Shown here: piece after piece, positions 27,742-40,151 of the stretch
Numbering within the stretch: position 1 is the stretch's first letter
Layout: every line of letters starts with the position of its first letter
Assembly (NCBI GenBank): GCA_973895155.1
Contig: OZ316892.1
Span: 24,699,233-24,763,232 of the forward strand
DNA: 64,000 nt
Direction: 5' to 3'
Source of the DNA: Marsupella aquatica
Lineage: Eukaryota > Plantae > Marchantiophyta
The notes under the pieces: generated by a model
The model's input: the letters and a program-made list of their open reading frames with translations, nothing else
Database searches by the model: none
What the model was told of the DNA's origin: nothing
Made by a program: the position numbers and the translations under genes

Positions 27742-28445
27742 GACTTGTCGTCCCACCTGTCACCTCTCTTCTCTCGAACATTAGTCTCTTCTTGATTAGC
27801 AACTATTGTGCGATATATTAAAACCACAACTGCACTCTTCTCTCGAACATTAGTCTCTTCTTGATTAGCAACTATTGTGCGATATATTAAAACCACAACT
27901 GCACTCTTCTCTCGAACATTAGTCTCTTCTTGATTAGCAGCTATTGTGAGATATATTAAACCACAACTGGACTCTTCTCTCGAACATTAGTCTTGTCTTG
28001 ATTAGCAACTATTGTGAGATATATTAAACCACACTTGGACTGTTCTCTCGAACATTAGTCTCGTCTTGATTAGCTACTATTTTGAGATATATTAAATCAC
28101 ACTTGGACTGTTCTCTCGAACATTAGTCTCGTCTTGATTAGCTACTATTTTGAGATATATTAAATCACAACTGCACATTTCTCTCGAACATTAGTCGCTT
28201 CTTGATCAGCAACTATTGTGACATATATTAAACCACAACTCCGCGTATAAAGAGCTACTGTTACCACTCATTAGACTTCTGGTCCCACCTGTCGCCTCTC
28301 TTCTCTCAAACGTTAGTATCTTCTTGATTAGCAAGTATTGTCACAGTTTATTAAACCACAAGTGCACCTAGTCTCTTCTTGATTAGCAAGTATTGTGACC
28401 TTATATTAAACCACAGGTACGAGAAGCTACTCTTACCTTTCATTA
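27742..28445. repeat. 68-69 bp satellite (7 + 2 units) nested in a higher-order duplication
   Basis: Unit CTCTTCTCTCGAACATTAGTCTCTTCTTGATTAGCAACTATTGTGCGATATATTAAAACCACAACTGCA. The flanks GTCCCACCTGTC.CCT and AGCTACT.TTACC..TCATTA each occur twice. Confidence 0.92.
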
Positions 28446-31339
28446 TAAAATGCACAAACTCAGGGCTTGAGCTCCACAAAAGGTGGTGAGTGCTCCACCT
28501 TTTATGGTGAGACACTGTTCACCCTTCACCATAGGACAGGAATGAGGAGGAGTGAGGGAGTGAATGGGACTTTTCTACCAGCTTTTATATGGGCAGGTGT
28601 GGTTTAAGTTGATCTGTTGTCGTGCTAAAACATTTTGGCCAGGAACTTAGCTTTGAGGTGCGAGTGGCTGGTGACTCATTACCGATCAGTCAGAGAAGTT
28701 GAATTGGAAAGACGGCAGTGCTGGAAGGAAAGGCAAACCGTTTGGTTTGTGACTTGTTATCAATCAACTCTTAGGCTTGATGTTTGGAGATGCTTGCTTG
28801 GCGAACAACTGTCAAACAATATTGGTGCTACCTGAAGAGTACTTAAGGGCTACTCAGCGGCTCACTTGAAGCTGTGTAGCGATTCAGTGAGGGAAGTGAG
28901 GAAGCTTTGCCCTTGTCTAGTTCTGAGCTAGGGGAATTTTATTGATTACTGTTACAAAGCAACTTGAGACATTTTAAACTTGATGGGAGAGAGGTAGCCA
29001 TCTACTGTAAGGACCAGAGACCAAAACGCAAGTGGCTTACGCCAGAGCAACCATTGTAGCTTGATTGATGATTGTGGAATAAAGAGAAGAGGGTATTCAT
29101 TTGATGTTAAATTGAGGATGGTGACAACCGTCCAATCATGAAACCTGGCAGAATGTTGACCATTGGATCATTCCAAGCTAACCAGAGTTACTTTGCTTAA
29201 CTGGCCATGAAAGAACAGTGGCAATCTAGTAATTAAACCCAAAATAGAGGCAATGTAGTAAATATCAGACTAAATATTATAGTGCATGAATTTTACCCTC
29301 AGTAAAGAATTATAAAAATGTGATGCCCCATAGCTTGCTGTACTGGAATGTGTTATTTCTTCAGAGAAAGAGAGACTGGAAAAGGGTCAACAAAATATAC
29401 CCAAGAAGGAAAACATGTTATTCTCAGGTTTCCTTGTGCTGAGGGTGCCACATCTTGGTTTTTTTTGTAATGCTTCCCATTTCACCCAAACAGAACAAAA
29501 AGGCCATGGGGATGAAAACCTTACACCTAGGCAGATAATACAAAGAAACTCTAAGAGACCATGCTAAACTAGGTACTCACCATCAACATCTTAAGTAGAG
29601 ACCAAATTTGCAAAGGAAACATCATGTTTTCTAGCTGTACAAGCCTCCAATGGAATATACCAGTGTGAGTGATCTTTGATGGATCATGGCTTGAGAATGG
29701 GCCAGTTGGACCATCTCTGATATGCACTAAAAGAAGTTGGGCGTCAAAACAGATAAAAGTACTCCTGCTGAACCTGGTGCATGAGTGTCCCTAGTTGCTT
29801 TCAAGAATCTCATCAAACTGATGACCCTCCCTCCCCAAATTCTCCATACTCCTCACAATCATTCATCATTAGTATGATTGACTGAGTAAAAAACTACAAC
29901 ATATTGCAATATAGAGTTGGTTGCATCAATTTCCTAGTAACCACATGGGAAGTAGATACTAAAACAACTAAAGACTATTTACAGCTAACAATTTATAATG
30001 TAGTTTATCCCAAATGCATGAAAAGGGAGCTTGAAAACAATGTGAGACGATGATCCCCAACTCACAAATAATATGCAGAAACGAGAGTCAGGTGAAAGGT
30101 CATGTTATGGTATCATCAGCCCCCCGTGCCTTATTTTCCTTTGTAGTTTTGTCCCTGTCGCCAGTCTGGCTTGGGGGTTATGAGACTTAGATCCAACTGC
30201 ATGTGAGCCGGCCTACGTTCTCCGGCCCTCAACCTGACCCATGGCAGTGAGAATGTAAGTGAGCATGAGATGGACACTTGAACCCCCTGCCGCTAGGCTT
30301 CATGGCACTGGATGTGGACTTCAAAGGGCAAGGGCCAGAAAGTTTCTGGCCCTTCAAGGTCCTACCTTTGATTTCCTAACAAGACAAAAACAAAACAAAT
30401 GTGATTGCAGGGCAACATATACTCCTTTTTGCCAATCATTTTGCTATGGCAGAGGGCCACTAAACTAAGGGCTGCTACATGGGAGTAGGCTCTTAGGGCA
30501 CCCCCTGGCCAACCTAGAGTAGCTTGGGGTCTATGACATTTGTATAGGGTAATGACAGTTTGGTCTGGGGTTACTAGTTTGTAACCCTGTGACCAGAAAG
30601 TGAAAAAATGCTCACCGACAACCAGGAGGTTTTTATGAGCTTTGTGGGAACACAGACTAGAACCCCAGCCAGAATAGTCTCATACGTAATACTTACCCAG
30701 AGAAAAAAAAGATTACCGGATAAGACTTTCCCGGCACACTATTATTGAAATGGTACCACGTTCCTGACACGAATTACAAGTAGAAATTCTGGTGAGTACG
30801 AGCAAAATTCACTTGGGGTGTATGTCCGATCATCCAATGGCTTAGTTGCGGACCGCTGGGTGTAATCGCCCTCATAAATTACAGTCTGTAACACCCTCGG
30901 AACCAAGGGTTATCCTAAACGACTAAAATAATAGAGTACAGCTCCCCAATCAGGATGTTCCTCGATGCCCTGAATATGCTTCAAAGGCCTACTGTACTGC
31001 CCTGGCAATCCAAGGTATCATCGGACGGCGTTGTGCAGCCGGCAGCCGTATCAGATTAACTCGGGTTACAGAAGCAAACCTTCACAGTCACCACGGTGCG
31101 GTTACGAGGACCAACCGTGGTGCGGTGGAGATGTTGTACAGTCGATTGGGTAATGATTTGCTCTCGTGAGGACTTTACAGGAACCCAGGAAGAGAAGCAA
31201 ATCGTCACATCACTCAAATGTCACATCGTCACAATCCTTTCAATTTCGTACTGGTCGAAGAATATCCAGTTCTCCCCTTTCGGATAGCTGGAGTTCATAA
31301 TTTTGATACATTTCCATGGAGAATCCCGTAGTTCTGCGT

Positions 31340-31685
31340 ATTTTGTGACGTCGGATTCAATGTCAGCCACTTTTGGGATGGCGGTTCTATATAGTAATGC
31401 TCTACTCCATGTCATCTAATCTCCACTTTCAGGTAGCTATAGAATTTAGTGATGTTGAACCTCAATGTCTGTGATCTACTCTTCGGAGAGCGATTCGATG
31501 TCATAATCTACACTTCGAATAGCGTTTCCTTCTAGTAATGATAGATAGACTCCATCTACATTTTTATTTCGATGTCGGGAAAGCGATTCCATCTAGATAT
31601 GTTGGACTCCCGTGTCATAATCTCCAATTTCGGTAACATTTCCATTCAGAGATGTTAGACTCAGTATCAGGATCTTCACTTTAAG
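31340..31685. repeat. Old degenerate tandem repeat (~55-60 bp)
   Basis: Recurring TGTCATAATCTCCA(A/C)TTTC and GATGTTG(G/A)ACTC motifs. Confidence 0.55.
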
Positions 31686-32795
31686 TACAAACAACTGCGC
31701 CCCGAATATGGTCCATTTGGGTTCAATTGGTACCGGTTGGGATAACTAACTGTCACGACTTCACTGTCTACATAGCGACCCTCTGATACATTTCCATTAA
31801 TGAATTGAAAAGCAGTTAATTAGTTCGATAATTGAAATGTGGGGTGAAGATGGCAGAAAGATAAGCTGGTGTTGGTGGTGAGATGAGTCCTGAGTAGTGG
31901 TTTTGGTTGAGTTGTGAATCATCTTGGAGGACTCGAGAAGGAGCTTAGGGTGGCCGAACAGATTCAGAAAAGTGGGCCGGAGTCCTAGCCCGGCTATAGA
32001 ACCTTGGGGTGCAAGTTCGACAGCAGTTCTGTGGGCTATCAACTCACAGCTATCAGAATCTGAAGACCACAGGAAGACACCCTTCACTTGGCCAAGCCTC
32101 CCATTATTTCAGCCTTGAATGCTTTGACAGCTGCTATTTCACAAAGGAGAACCAATGGCACTTGGCATCCCGATTGGAACCAACGAATGACTCGAGTAAA
32201 TTTTCATCCAGAGTTTTTTTTTAATCTGAATGAATCAACTCTAGATTAGATTTACAGTATTTACAATTGGGTCATACAACTTTATTGTGGCTATGCACCC
32301 GTTTGATCAAACCTGTCGTTTCCTAATGTACTTCCGCTCCAAACTATCATATACGATTTGTACTTTTCTACATAATATGACCAAAGCCGCTGGACAGATC
32401 TGAGAAAGCTTTACGCAGAGAAGCTCAAGCAGGGGCTGAATCTTGGAACTCGCATTTTCACGAAATTCATCGAAGGACGCACTTGCTTTACCAGATGCCT
32501 CAGGAGACCAAACAAACTGGAAGCCATCCACTCATTCAAAGAAGTTGAAGACTCTATGTACATATGAGGAAATGTAAATATTAGCCAAGGACCTAATTTC
32601 CACGACCCAGACTTGAGTAATCTTTACTTGGAACTTGAGAAGCAGCCCCAATTGTGTGTACCCCTCCTCTCAGTTGATATAGTTTGCTATAACAACGGGG
32701 GAAACCTCTGAAACTATCATACTCAGCTGCGCTGGTACCGGTCCAAGATTTGAGGCATGTTGCCATGGTGAAAGCAGAGAAAGGAGCCCCTCAGT

Positions 32796-35700
32796 TTAAC
32801 CTCCACTCATAGTTGCAAACGTCGGCAGCCGTCCCAAGGGCAGAAGCAAACCTCTGAAAGTATCATATTCAGCTTCACTGGTGCCAGTCGAATCTAGGAA
32901 CTGGAATCCGCGAAAGGAATTAGAACAGGTACGTAGAAAGACTTGGCAAACAAGAATATTGACCACCAAAAGCCCCACGAGATTAGCCTGGATTGGACGA
33001 AATTCACGATACGTTTGTATACTTTTGAAGCGCAAGGAGTGTAACACATGAGAAGTTTCCACTGATGTAAACTTTCCATCCACATAAACTTTCCGTATTG
33101 TGCTTCTATAAACATTGGACCTGACCATAAAGGTTCCCACACTTACTGTCAACCCTTTCTGATTATAACATATGCATCTGTCTTGCAAGACCTAGAAAGG
33201 GGAGGAACAAAGTTTGTAAACGCAGAGCAACCGGAAAATCCTTATAACTGCAATTACCTTGCGAAGCAGGGACATATTATTGGTGAGATGGGCTCCAATA
33301 GAAGGCAACCGTTGCACGGAAAGACCATCAAGTAGCAGCATTAAAATCATATTCCAGTGCTTTATACTGAACGCCGGTAGCGCTTCTACAAAGGTCATTG
33401 TTCTGACCAACCGTCCCTGAAAAGAAAGCTTGAAGGTTAGGGCAAGCAGAAAGCATATCCTCAGACACCCCTGAGTACCACAAACAGTTTACTTTCAAGA
33501 ACAAACAGTTTACTTTCAAGAACTACTACATTTCATGACATTCCCAATGACAATTACATAGACGCAGTAGCTTCAGAAGAAAATGTTTCGCATCAAGAAA
33601 ACTCTGGATTGGGATGTAACGTTACAATATTTTGCTCCAGAGTAGATATAGGAACGTTCAGGCGGAGTGCTTGCACCACATCAGGAAATGCCCTAGAGAT
33701 ACAGTTTGAAAATGTTCTTGATATCTCTGCCGATGTACTGTCCGCAAAATTTATTTGCCGTCGAAACTCTCTCCCATTTGCAACAACAAACTCATCTTCG
33801 TCTTGAGGCTCTTTCCCGTATATATGTGCAATTGTGGCTGCTGAGATCCACTCTTCCAAGGCCATCCAAATTGCACCGAACATCGATACCTGTCAAAACA
33901 ATGTTTTAAAACTAAAGAATGACCACTATATCACGATTCGATCTGTATTGCTGTTTCCAATCGTTTTAGTCTCCCAAAGTTGATTTATGACTATTGGATA
34001 TTCGTGACAAGTTCTCACCTCGACTTTGAAATTCTTAGGCGGCGTACTATGCCAAGCTCCCTTCGCTGTGGTAAAATCCAGATCGTCCTCCGTTGGGGGT
34101 TCTGGAATTGGCCATCTCACATCAACCCCAGTCGACGACCCAGAGTCACTCCCAGGCTTTCCCTCCCAGTCATTCAAGCTACTTTCAATAAGCGTATTGA
34201 TGGGCTTTGATACTTCGACATCTTCAGTGACAGGAACGATGGAAAGTCCTGCCTGTGCCACTGCAGTTAAATATAATGATTTTGTGAGCGCAATGTCACG
34301 TGGTAGAGATGTCACGGCGGTGAGGTTCTAAATTTAGCAAACAGTGTGCCCACAAGAATCGCCTGTGACTGGCAACATTCATTTGGCCAATTATTCCTAT
34401 CAGCAGCAGGCTCAAGCCTAAAGCGACAGCCCAAAACGAAGGCTGCCTTTTGCTGAGAGGCCAAAGTTAGCAAGCACTTTTTGAGTAGCAAATTAATTTG
34501 AAATTACTATTAAAAATATTTCGCTACCGATTTTGCTAAGACGGGGGTTTTTAAGAAACGAGGATATTCAACTGCACGCCCAAACATCAATCCATCTACC
34601 TACCAGCTTCCAGACAATCGATGTCTCCTCCAGCTGCTGCCTCTGCTGCCTGCGTCAATGCGGCAGCTACTGCTTCTGCTGATAAAACCCTCTGGGACTT
34701 TTGAGTCCCTGAGTCTTCCGCACGCAATTGTGGATTGTCCCCTGGACGAGTGTTTCTGTCCCTCGAGACAGAACAACCAGACACAGGATCACCAGGTGGA
34801 TTATTGCTGGCTTCCATTCTTTCAGCATCACCGCTGACGTCCATTTTATCCACATCAATGTTCAATGAGACAGAATCGGCAGCAATCTGTTTAAGAAGAC
34901 CACCAAGGAATCCACTGTAAGTCCATGAGGATCGCAGACCATTTGAAACACTCGTATTTCAGGAGTAACAATTAACGAAACACAGCCGACAGAAAAAATA
35001 AAATGAGAATGACTGGTTGAGTTGCGAGTAGCAACCGGTGTTTCGTTTGAGGTGGGGATATCCGAAGCTGCTGAAGTAGGTGCAGATTGTGAAATTGAGG
35101 TGTGAACTTGTGATCTTTCTTTCAGCCGTGATGAAGATCTTTGATCTTTCCTTTCAGACTTTTGGTCCTTCTTCTTCTGATCTTCCCAAGAAACGTTGCG
35201 CTTAAGGGTTTTCTTGGCTATTCCTTTCTTCAAGGCAGATTTCAAGAGTGGCACTGGAGATATTTCCACATCTAGCTCATCAAGGATCACTGGGAACTTG
35301 CCCTTATCCAAGGACGCAGGTTCGCTAGTTGGGCTCACGCTGAGTGTTGGTCCATCGCTAATGGCCATTCTTTCTAGGTCTGCCCCCCATTCCAACTGAT
35401 CACGGTTTGCGTTCTCTCTTTGTCGAGAAATTTTATTTGAGGGCCAATTTTGAGGAACATAGCCCTCAATAGCATCAAAAGGAGCAGCGTCATCAAAACT
35501 TGAGATTCCTGAGTCCTCCCGCTCCTGAATACCAGAGACTAAAGACTCATTCGACGGGACACTCTGCTTTTGCAATTCCTTCGAGTTTCCGTTACTGTGG
35601 TGGAGTCTGGATGGTTTGGGGTCACGGATATAGTCCATGATTGACGTTAGTTTCTCCTTCCTCATGAACTCATCTCGTTCAATTTGTAAAGATGATTGGA

Positions 35701-36262
35701 AAGTTTTGCTTGCTACCAAGCAGTTGGCACAGCAGAACAACCGAGTCTCACTTAGATCATAAACCTTGTGTTCGTGCAAAGATATTCTGTATCGACCTTT
35801 CCGGGATGGTTCTGTGATGAGTCCATTATGGCAAAGCGGATACCCACATTGTTTCGAAATGCTTCTCTCCGTCACAACATCTGAGTACTCGCTTTGGGTG
35901 AGAAGACGACTACTGGCTTGAAGCTGAGTGTTATCCTGGACCCCATCTAGCAGAAACAACTGAATCTCTAAAATCGCCTTCTTCACCGCTTGAACTGCCT
36001 GAGCACGTGCTGTTGCCTTAGCTACCAGCTCCTCAACCTTGTCATCATCCAACGCTCCATGCCTGGAAGCAGCTTTCTTCGTTGGACGTTTCTTCTTTTT
36101 ACTTGACTTTTTCCCCTCCCTTGAACTCTCAGATTTTCTCCCACCTTCGGCAGCCCTGCCCAAACTTCTTGTGTCCTTTTTCCTGGAGGATTTTGGAGAG
36201 GTCCCAGTGCTTCCATTTGAGGATGGACTCGCCAGCGGAGAGCAATCGCTGTCTGCATTCAT
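32796..36262 (-). CDS. RPAP2: RNA polymerase II CTD phosphatase RPAP2/Rtr1 homolog (plant RIMA/RTR1), about 6 coding exons
   Basis: RTR1 zinc motif YSDVVTERSISKQCGYPLC...YRISLHEHKVYDL...FCCANCL. Later exons read WHSTPPKNF, SMFGAIWMALEEWIS, GRLVRTMTFVEALPAF and the C-terminus LLPLGRLPTFATMSGG*. Confidence 0.93.
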
Positions 36263-37437
36263 GGCACTCGAAGTCAATCGCAAAAACAGAAGGCCCGAAA
36301 TCTATGGCACCTCTTTAAATGCTAAGGTCCAGGTTTCAGCTCTAATATTCTCCGTTGCTGCGCATCTGCCCTGTTAAAGATCAGATCTATAGGGACATTT
36401 GTTCACACCATAACCAAGGGAGCGACAACTGTAATAGGAATTAGGTCTTCTACAAAGCAGCTCACAACTTTCTAGCTGTTTGTTATCTTGTCTTTTCACA
36501 TCTTGTTATGTTCCATTCCTTACCCCAGCAAGGTACCGGAGGACTTCAATTGAATTGAATTCTATGCCTCATCGGATCCTTGAAGCCCATAGACTGAAAC
36601 CTACATTCAGATACAAAAGCCGTGCACACATACTAATATGCTCCCTATCCAGGCTAGATTCAGAAGTCTTGTCACAAAGTACATACTCTATGGCAAATCG
36701 CACCGAGACAGAGAAGCTCACGTACCTTGAGAAGGAACTGAGTATGTAAGTATTGGCAGCATTGACGGCATCCTTACCGTATCGCGGCAGCCAAAACAAG
36801 ACACAGTCCCGAAAACCTTCCCCTGAAATTCCCGAGAGAAGTGAGGGCTCTCCCTAACAAGATTGCTATCCGTCCGTCCACAGGGAGAAATCTCACGGGA
36901 CAGGGGAAGAAACCGGGTGCGATTCTCAATTCTTTTCAGTTGCTCGATAGGCCATGACAACCGGGACAGACCGCGACCTAATTGCGGACCATTCGAACGA
37001 AAAAGACTGTCAATCAATAGAGCTAAGATTGCTGCGTCGAGCTTCAACAAAATGCGTCAACCTAACCTACGGTAGTTGCGAACGAATTGACGAATCAGAC
37101 GGGTGCTCCCGATTCCCAAACACAGAGTGCGAGAAGGAGAGAGAGCACAACGAGAGGGAGCGCTTCTGCACCGACACAAACAACAAGATAGAGCACCAAT
37201 GCCACCCTCGTGTACATATGCGTTCTGTGCCCCGACCGAACTGGGCTGCCGACTAAATACTCATGTACTCTAGCTCGAGCTCTGTTTCATCGTCCCATTC
37301 TCTGTGGCCGGATAAGTTTGAGCTTGCTTCAGACGCTTTCCTCACACTTTCGTCGTCCGTCCTTGAGGTTCGTTCCTTCGTTCGTTCGTTCAGTGCTATT
37401 GCTGTGTGGGACCCAACTGACCGAACTGGCAAAGGTC

Positions 37438-37631
37438 GCTAGCCGGTCTTCCCGTTGGCCATTGCCGGTCATCCAGACTGTGGCGAAGGCTAGCAGGTCT
37501 TCCCGGTGGCCACTGCCGGTCATCCAGAGTGCAGGGCGAAGGCTAGCCGGTCTTCCCGGTGCCCACTGCCGGTCATCCAGAGTGCACGGCGAAGGCTAGC
37601 CGGTCTTCCCGGTGGCCATTGCCGGTCATCC
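37438..37631. repeat. GC-rich 51-53 bp tandem repeat x4 upstream of RPAP2
   Basis: Unit GCTAGCCGGTCTTCCCGGTGGCCACTGCCGGTCATCCAGAGTGCA.GGCGAAG. Confidence 0.92.
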
Positions 37632-38309
37632 ATCACTAAAAAAGCTGTCCCCACCAATGCAAAAATAGAATCTTCAATAGAAGGCATTGTGCAATAGAAC
37701 CCCAAGCGTTGTGTTTGAGGTTACTGCCTTGCATTTGCCATTGTGCTAGAAAATAGAACTTTGTGTTACTGTGCAACTGGCAGGCACTTGATAATAAATT
37801 GTATTGGGACATGCAATCTTCTCTTTGATTTAACCAAAGCATACCTTCACACTAATAGAAAGTCCTCTAAATAAAACAAGGCTTTATTACATTCTCTTCC
37901 AAAATTTACTATTTACACCTCAAATAAAAGGCTCGGGTTTGTGTTGGGGGAAGAGAGTAGGTTGACTCAATTAGGGAGACCAGCCAACCGAAGGCTTCTA
38001 TGTGGTAATGGGGGAGAAAAACATCAAAAGACCTTGGTTGACAGGCATCTTTCTGTTCGCTAGCAGGTATTCCCAATTACAGTACTGTCCAGTTGTCCAT
38101 GCTATGTGAGTGCAATACGTGGATAATTGCAAGGAATTATCTTCTTTGTGCAGTTTACATAAGTGCACGGATAGGCTCACCAGACAATCAATGTAAAAGT
38201 TCAATATGGTGTTGATGCACCCTTATCCATGAGAACAAAGCACCCTGGTAGCACAACTGATAAGTAATAGGACTTTGGCATACAATAAATGTTGCACTTA
38301 GAGACAAGA

Positions 38310-38645
38310 TGTTAGATAGTCTTGTGACTCTTGTGCTAACCATAGTTAGGCTAACTCGGGTTAGGACCTAGCTAAGGTTAGCGGTAGTGCTGTTGTGCAT
38401 ATAGCCAGGGCTGATGCCAGACCCTGGTGGAACTTAGGCTCATTGTTACGGAGCTAGTTGAGAGATAGGGAGAGCTTGTGCTGTGGATGCTTGGTATGGC
38501 CGGTCGGCCTAGAGTGCAGTAAAGCTCTTGTGTGTTCCCGTGGACGTAGCCTCATGTGGAGGTGAACCACGTATCTCTCTGTGTCGACTATTGTGCGTTG
38601 GATGGTTCATGGGCTTGCCGTTGCGAATGTCGTCTATGCTCAACA
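38310..38645 (+). repeat. 5' LTR
   Basis: TGTTAGATAG...GCTCAACA, preceded by TSD CAAGA (38305-38309). Confidence 0.97.
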
Positions 38646-38647
38646 AG

Positions 38648-38659
38648 TGGTATCAGAGC
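38648..38659 (+). promoter_or_regulatory. Primer binding site (tRNA-iMet)
   Basis: TGGTATCAGAGC starts 2 nt after the 5' LTR. Confidence 0.95.
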
Positions 38660-40151
38660 ATGCCTGGGAGGTGACGAGGTTTTTTCGTGACAGGTTTTTC
38701 CAGCGTTCATTGTCGATGGTACATTCAGAGTTTCGTCGCATGAAACTCGATTGTGTGTGGCTGAGCGGATAGGTTAGTGAGAGGACATTCTAACGGTGGT
38801 TAGAGCTCGCTGATCGGTATCCGCGGTGCGGAGGAATTGAAGTTTGCGTGGTTCAGGGTTTATTCGTGTTCGACGGTATTTCGGGGGAGAAACCAGAGAT
38901 CGTTTCTTCAACGGTGTGAGCTGTGCGGTGTGCGGGGCGTCGCATGTGATAGTTCAAGTTTAAGGTTGGAGCGTGCTGGTCGTTTTGGTATCTAGTTTGC
39001 TGACGTTTGCGGAACGAGTGCGTCATGACGAGTGGAGGCATTCTGGTTTTTTGACAAACTATGGTGCTTGTTTTTCCCTGAACCGGATTACTCGTCGTGA
39101 CGCTTGACTCGGAGGAAGAAACGCAAAGTGCTGAGGCTCAACGGAGAGATCGTGGCAAGACGGTCATTTTGAGTCCGTGATTGGCACTTGACGCGGAGTG
39201 AAGGCGACACAACAAAAGTTCTTTCTCTGGTGGAGCTTCAGACGTGCCGGTGCAATTCAGAAACATTTTCATGTCGGCGGTCATCACTTTTCTCATTGGA
39301 AACCAAAGCGGAGGCGGCTGAGGTTTGTAACACGGCCTTTGTGTCATTTTGGGCACATTTTTAAGGTTAGTTTAGGGCATTTTTTGCCCCAATACGGCCC
39401 CAATACCCGACAAACCAGGTTCGCCATACGCCTCGGCGCGCACACCGGCCTCCCACACCCCTTTAAGCGTGAAAACGTGCTTTTTTGGGCCCAAATACGG
39501 CCAAAAACGCCCATATACGACCCAAAAATGCGGAAATACGCGCGTTTTGACCCTTTTAAACCCGTTTTTTTCACGTTTTTTGCTGTTTATACACGATTCT
39601 GGCCGCGAATACGCGCGCCTTTGTCAGGGGCTTTAAGACCCCTTTAGAGTGTGTTTTTCTGAATTTTTTTTCTCTCCTCCTCCTCATTGGTTGTGCCTCA
39701 TCCCGGGCCTTGTGACCCTCCGTTTTAACCGCTCCGACAGGGGGAACGGCCCCCTGTGAGCCCTGTTGGACTGTGCGGGAATATTCCTGAAAAACAGAGA
39801 GCTATTTTTCGGCCGTCACACAAAGATTCTGTTCGCCGCACGGGAACTTTTTTGGTTCTTTTTTGGTGAGGACGTTGCCACTGGAGTTAGCAACGCGGCG
39901 CACCGATCACATCACGATTCCGACGACAGGTTGTACTTGGTATTTTGGTTATTCTCCGAGGTGGTCAAAACGGGGGAGTTTCCCAAGGTTTTACCCACCC
40001 CGACCGAAATTTGAATAACTTTTTCGTCGAATTTCAATTTTGATTTCGGATTTCAGTATTGGACTCCTAGCTTTGTGGGCTACGCGGCGGTGTTGAGTTT
40101 TGAGTTTTATGAGAAGTTTCGAAAAAAGACATTTTTTCGTGATTGTTTCAT

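Noticed and set aside
27766-28240. 68-bp array (and those at 3.8, 37.4, 45.8 and 56.2 kb) as CRISPR-like arrays
   Set aside because: The units are contiguous with no unique spacers, there are no cas genes, and the context is eukaryotic.
30265-30300. tRNA/SINE B-box-like GGTTCAAGT on the minus strand
   Set aside because: No A-box or cloverleaf stems are evident.
36340-36771. Spliced uORF in the RPAP2 5' UTR (MPSMLPILTY...)
   Set aside because: A strong GTAAGG donor at ~36777 lies just upstream, so this ATG is probably intronic.
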